Notes under the pieces: generated by a model
What the model saw: the letters and a program-made list of their open reading frames with translations, nothing else
What the model was told of the DNA's origin: nothing
Database searches by the model: none
Made by a program: the position numbers and the translations under genes
Assembly: GCF_009914755.1 (NCBI RefSeq)
Contig: NC_060947.1
Source: the human T2T-CHM13v2.0 reference genome, Homo sapiens
DNA: 64,000 nucleotides
Direction: 5' to 3' (one strand)
In this document: positions 60,262 to 64,000 of the stretch, in pieces
How positions within the stretch are numbered: the stretch's first letter is position 1
Layout: each line of letters starts with the position of its first letter

Positions 60262-61102
60262 CTAATCTTTCTTCACACTTTATTTCATTAAGTTGATTTT
60301 CAATCTCTGATATCCTTTCTTCCACTTGATTGATTCAGCTATTGATACTTCTGTATGCTTCACAAAGTTCTCTTGCTGTATTTTTCAGCTCCATCAGATC
60401 ATTTAGGTCCTTCTCTAAACTGGTTATTCTAGTTAGCAGTTCCTGTAAGTTTTTATCAAGGTTCTTAGTTTCCTTGCATTGAGTTAGAATATGCTCCTTT
60501 AGCTCAGAGGAGTTTGTTTTTACCCACCTTCTGAAGCCTACTTATGTCAATTCTTTAAACTCATTCTTTGTCCAGTTTTGTTCCCTTGATGGTGAGAAGT
60601 CGTGATTTTTTGGAGGAAAAGAGACATTCTGGTTTTTGGAGTTTTCAGCATTTTTTCACGGGTTTTTACTCATCTTTGTGGATTTACCTACGTTTAATCT
60701 TTGATGTTGGTGACTTTTGGATTGGGTTTTTGTGTGGGCATCTTTTTTGTTGATGTTGATATTATTGCTTTTTGTTTGTAAGTTTTCCTTCTAATAGTCA
60801 GGCCCCTCTTCTGGAGATCTGCTGGAGTTTGCTGGAGATTCACCCCAGACCCTGTTTGCCTGAGTATCACCAGCAGAGACTACATAACAGCAAAGATTGC
60901 TGCCTTCCCAGTCAGGAGGCACAGGGGTCAGGAACCCACTTGAGGAGGCAGTCTGTCCCTTATCAGAGCTCAAGTGCTGTGCTGGGAGATCTGCTGCTGT
61001 CTTCAGAGCAGGCAGGCCAGAATATTTAAGTCTGCTTAAGCTGTGCCCACAGCTGCCCCTTCCCCCAGGTGCTCTGTCCCAGGAAGATGGGAGTTTTATC
61101 TA

Positions 61103-61573
<471 letters not shown>

Positions 61574-62389
61574 TTACACTGTGAGGGGAAAACCGCCTAC
61601 TCAAGCCTCAGTAATGGCTGGTGCCCCTCTCCCCACCAAGCTCAAGAATCCCAGGTTGACTTCAGGCTGCTGTGCTGGCAGCTAGAATTTCAAGCCAGTG
61701 GATCTTAGCTTGCTGGGCTCCGTGGGGGTGGGATTCGCTGAGCTAGACCACTTGGCTCCCTGGCTTCAGCTCTCTTTTCAGTGGAGTGAATGGTTCTGTC
61801 ACCCACCACCATTCCTGGTGTTGCAGCCGACACTGGGGTACAAAAAAAAAAAAAAAGAAAAAAACACTTCTGAAGGTAGCTCAGGGTCTGCCCAAATGGC
61901 CACCCAGTTTCAAGCTTGAAACCCAGGGGCCTCATGGTGTAGCCGTCTGAAGGAATCTCCTTGTCTATGGGTTGCAACAACTGTGGGAAAAGCGTAGTAT
62001 CTGAGCCAGATAGCATCATCCCTCTTGGTACAGTTCCTCATGGCTTCCCTTGGCTAGGGGAGAGAGTTCCCCAACCCTTTGCATTTCCTGGGTGAGGTGA
62101 TGCCCCACCCTGCTTCTGCTCATCCTCTGTGGGCTGCACCTACTGTCTAACCAGACCCAATTACATGAGCCGGGTACCTCAGTTGGAAATGCAGAATTCA
62201 CCCACCTTCTGCATTGATCTCGCTGGAGCTACAGACTGGCCATCTTGCCAGCCCATTAAAACTCTCTTAAATAGCTATTACATTAATGAAAAAATATAAA
62301 AAATTCAGTAGCAACAGATAACTTGAAAATGATTAACTTAAGAATATATGTCATAATATGGGATATGCACATACCTTTAAAGCTAAGTA

Positions 62390-62610
62390 TCTTTTAGTTG
62401 TAAGTCATAGAAGTTTCAACTAAAATTTCTGTAAGAAAAATGGTAGTTTATTAGCTTCTACATGTGAAAATATAAGGTGCATGTCTGACTTCAAGTGTGG
62501 CTGGTTTATGGCTTAACAAGGAATAAGATTATTACACTGATCTCACTCTCATTCTATTTATGGCCCTTACCTTTTTTGTAATTACTGCTCTTTTTCAGGC
62601 AAGTGTCCTC
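62390..62610 (-). mobile_element. Possible old MLT1 (J/K/L) LTR fragment
   Basis: agttgtaagtcatagaa...tttattagct...tctgacttcaagtgtggctgg resembles MLT1K-type sequence; heavily diverged. Confidence 0.4.
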
Positions 62611-62634
62611 CCTGTACTTGTAAGTAAGCCCTAG

Positions 62635-63096
<462 letters not shown>

Positions 63097-63794
63097 TGAA
63101 AATATGCTATTAAACTAAGTGAGAATAAGATAAATAAAAAAGTTTGAGGAAAAAGAATCCTGGAAGAATTGTGCACTGTTTGCTGTACAACTGATTTTAA
63201 GTCCTTTTGCTAAAAAAGTTTTCTTTTCTGCATTTATGTGGTAGCGGCACAGTCACTGACAGCCCTGCCCCACTATAAAAGTATCTGGAAACCATGGTTA
63301 ATAAATATTGGTTTTGTTTCATCAAGTAAGACAGACAAGGATAAATTCCATCAGGAGACTAACATTCAAGAAAGCCCTTGGTGTTACATGAAAATGATTT
63401 GTAGAATAATATACGTGTATATGTCTTGAATAAAAGTAAAATATTTAAATTGTGTTTAAAAATGATTTACTGCTTTAATTGATTTTTCCAAGTTACTGAC
63501 TTTAAGTCCTGATTTCTGGATAAGATTTCTACTTTATTATTATTTTGATAGGAAGTAATGGGTAACCCAAAGCCAGATACAATAGAAAACACCATAAATA
63601 TGAATAATTTGAAACTCCTTTAATTAGCTATTTTCTACCAAGAAGTAAAAATGCCATAGTGTAATTTTTCTCCCCTTATGGAGATTAAAGCATCAATAAA
63701 TTAAAGTTCAAATTCTTCTCTTCTGAATCTTCTCAGCTTTCAGCTGTGTATCTCAGAAACTTCCCAAAGAAACAAAGTTTTAAAGCATTGTATT

Positions 63795-64000
63795 CAGTGA
63801 TATGTTGGTAATGTTTTATAACTAGCTCTTGGGGGTGGAAGGAATGATTGAGTGAAGTTTTAATTTGTGGCATTTGCTGATTTCTGTGATGTTATTACTA
63901 CCATTATGGCTGATTTCAAGCTACTAATATGAAGTGACTAAACGCAGAGATAGGAAACGATGGGCATAATCAACTCTATCTCAAGTCAGTGCAAGTTAGG
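63795..64000. mobile_element. MER63A-like hAT DNA transposon, cut by the window edge
   Basis: cagtgatatgttggtaatg end; atttgctgatttctgtgatg...atggctgatttcaagctactaa. Confidence 0.75.

Noticed and set aside
63100-63790. Non-repetitive stretch with TATAAAA and a 63-aa ORF
   Set aside because: No homology or splice structure I can support; such motifs are expected by chance in AT-rich DNA.

Overview
Primate (human-like), AT-rich genomic DNA made almost entirely of retrotransposon sequence. It holds about 20 nested LINE-1 copies from old L1M/L1MA/L1MB through L1PB and L1PA16 to L1PA2, nine Alus, MER21, MLT1 and MLT2A LTRs, a 5'-truncated HERV-L provirus, a MER63 DNA transposon and a ~0.9 kb TA-rich micro/minisatellite. 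I see no host gene, RNA gene, CRISPR array or intact L1. The long ORFs are L1, HERV-L, Alu or simple-repeat remnants. I do not find a convincing new biological system. The notable signals are mechanistic fossils: a double fold-back templated repair junction (14455-14506), a probable ancient L1PB 3' transduction (17641-17997), a complex inverted/chimeric L1PA4-L1PA7 knot with a mutation cluster (51760-56300), four breakpoints at the same internal ORF2 TT|AAAA site, and satellites apparently born from target-site sequence. Subfamily names come from recalled consensus diagnostics read by eye and need RepeatMasker/Dfam confirmation. Boundaries are approximate unless a junction sequence is quoted.
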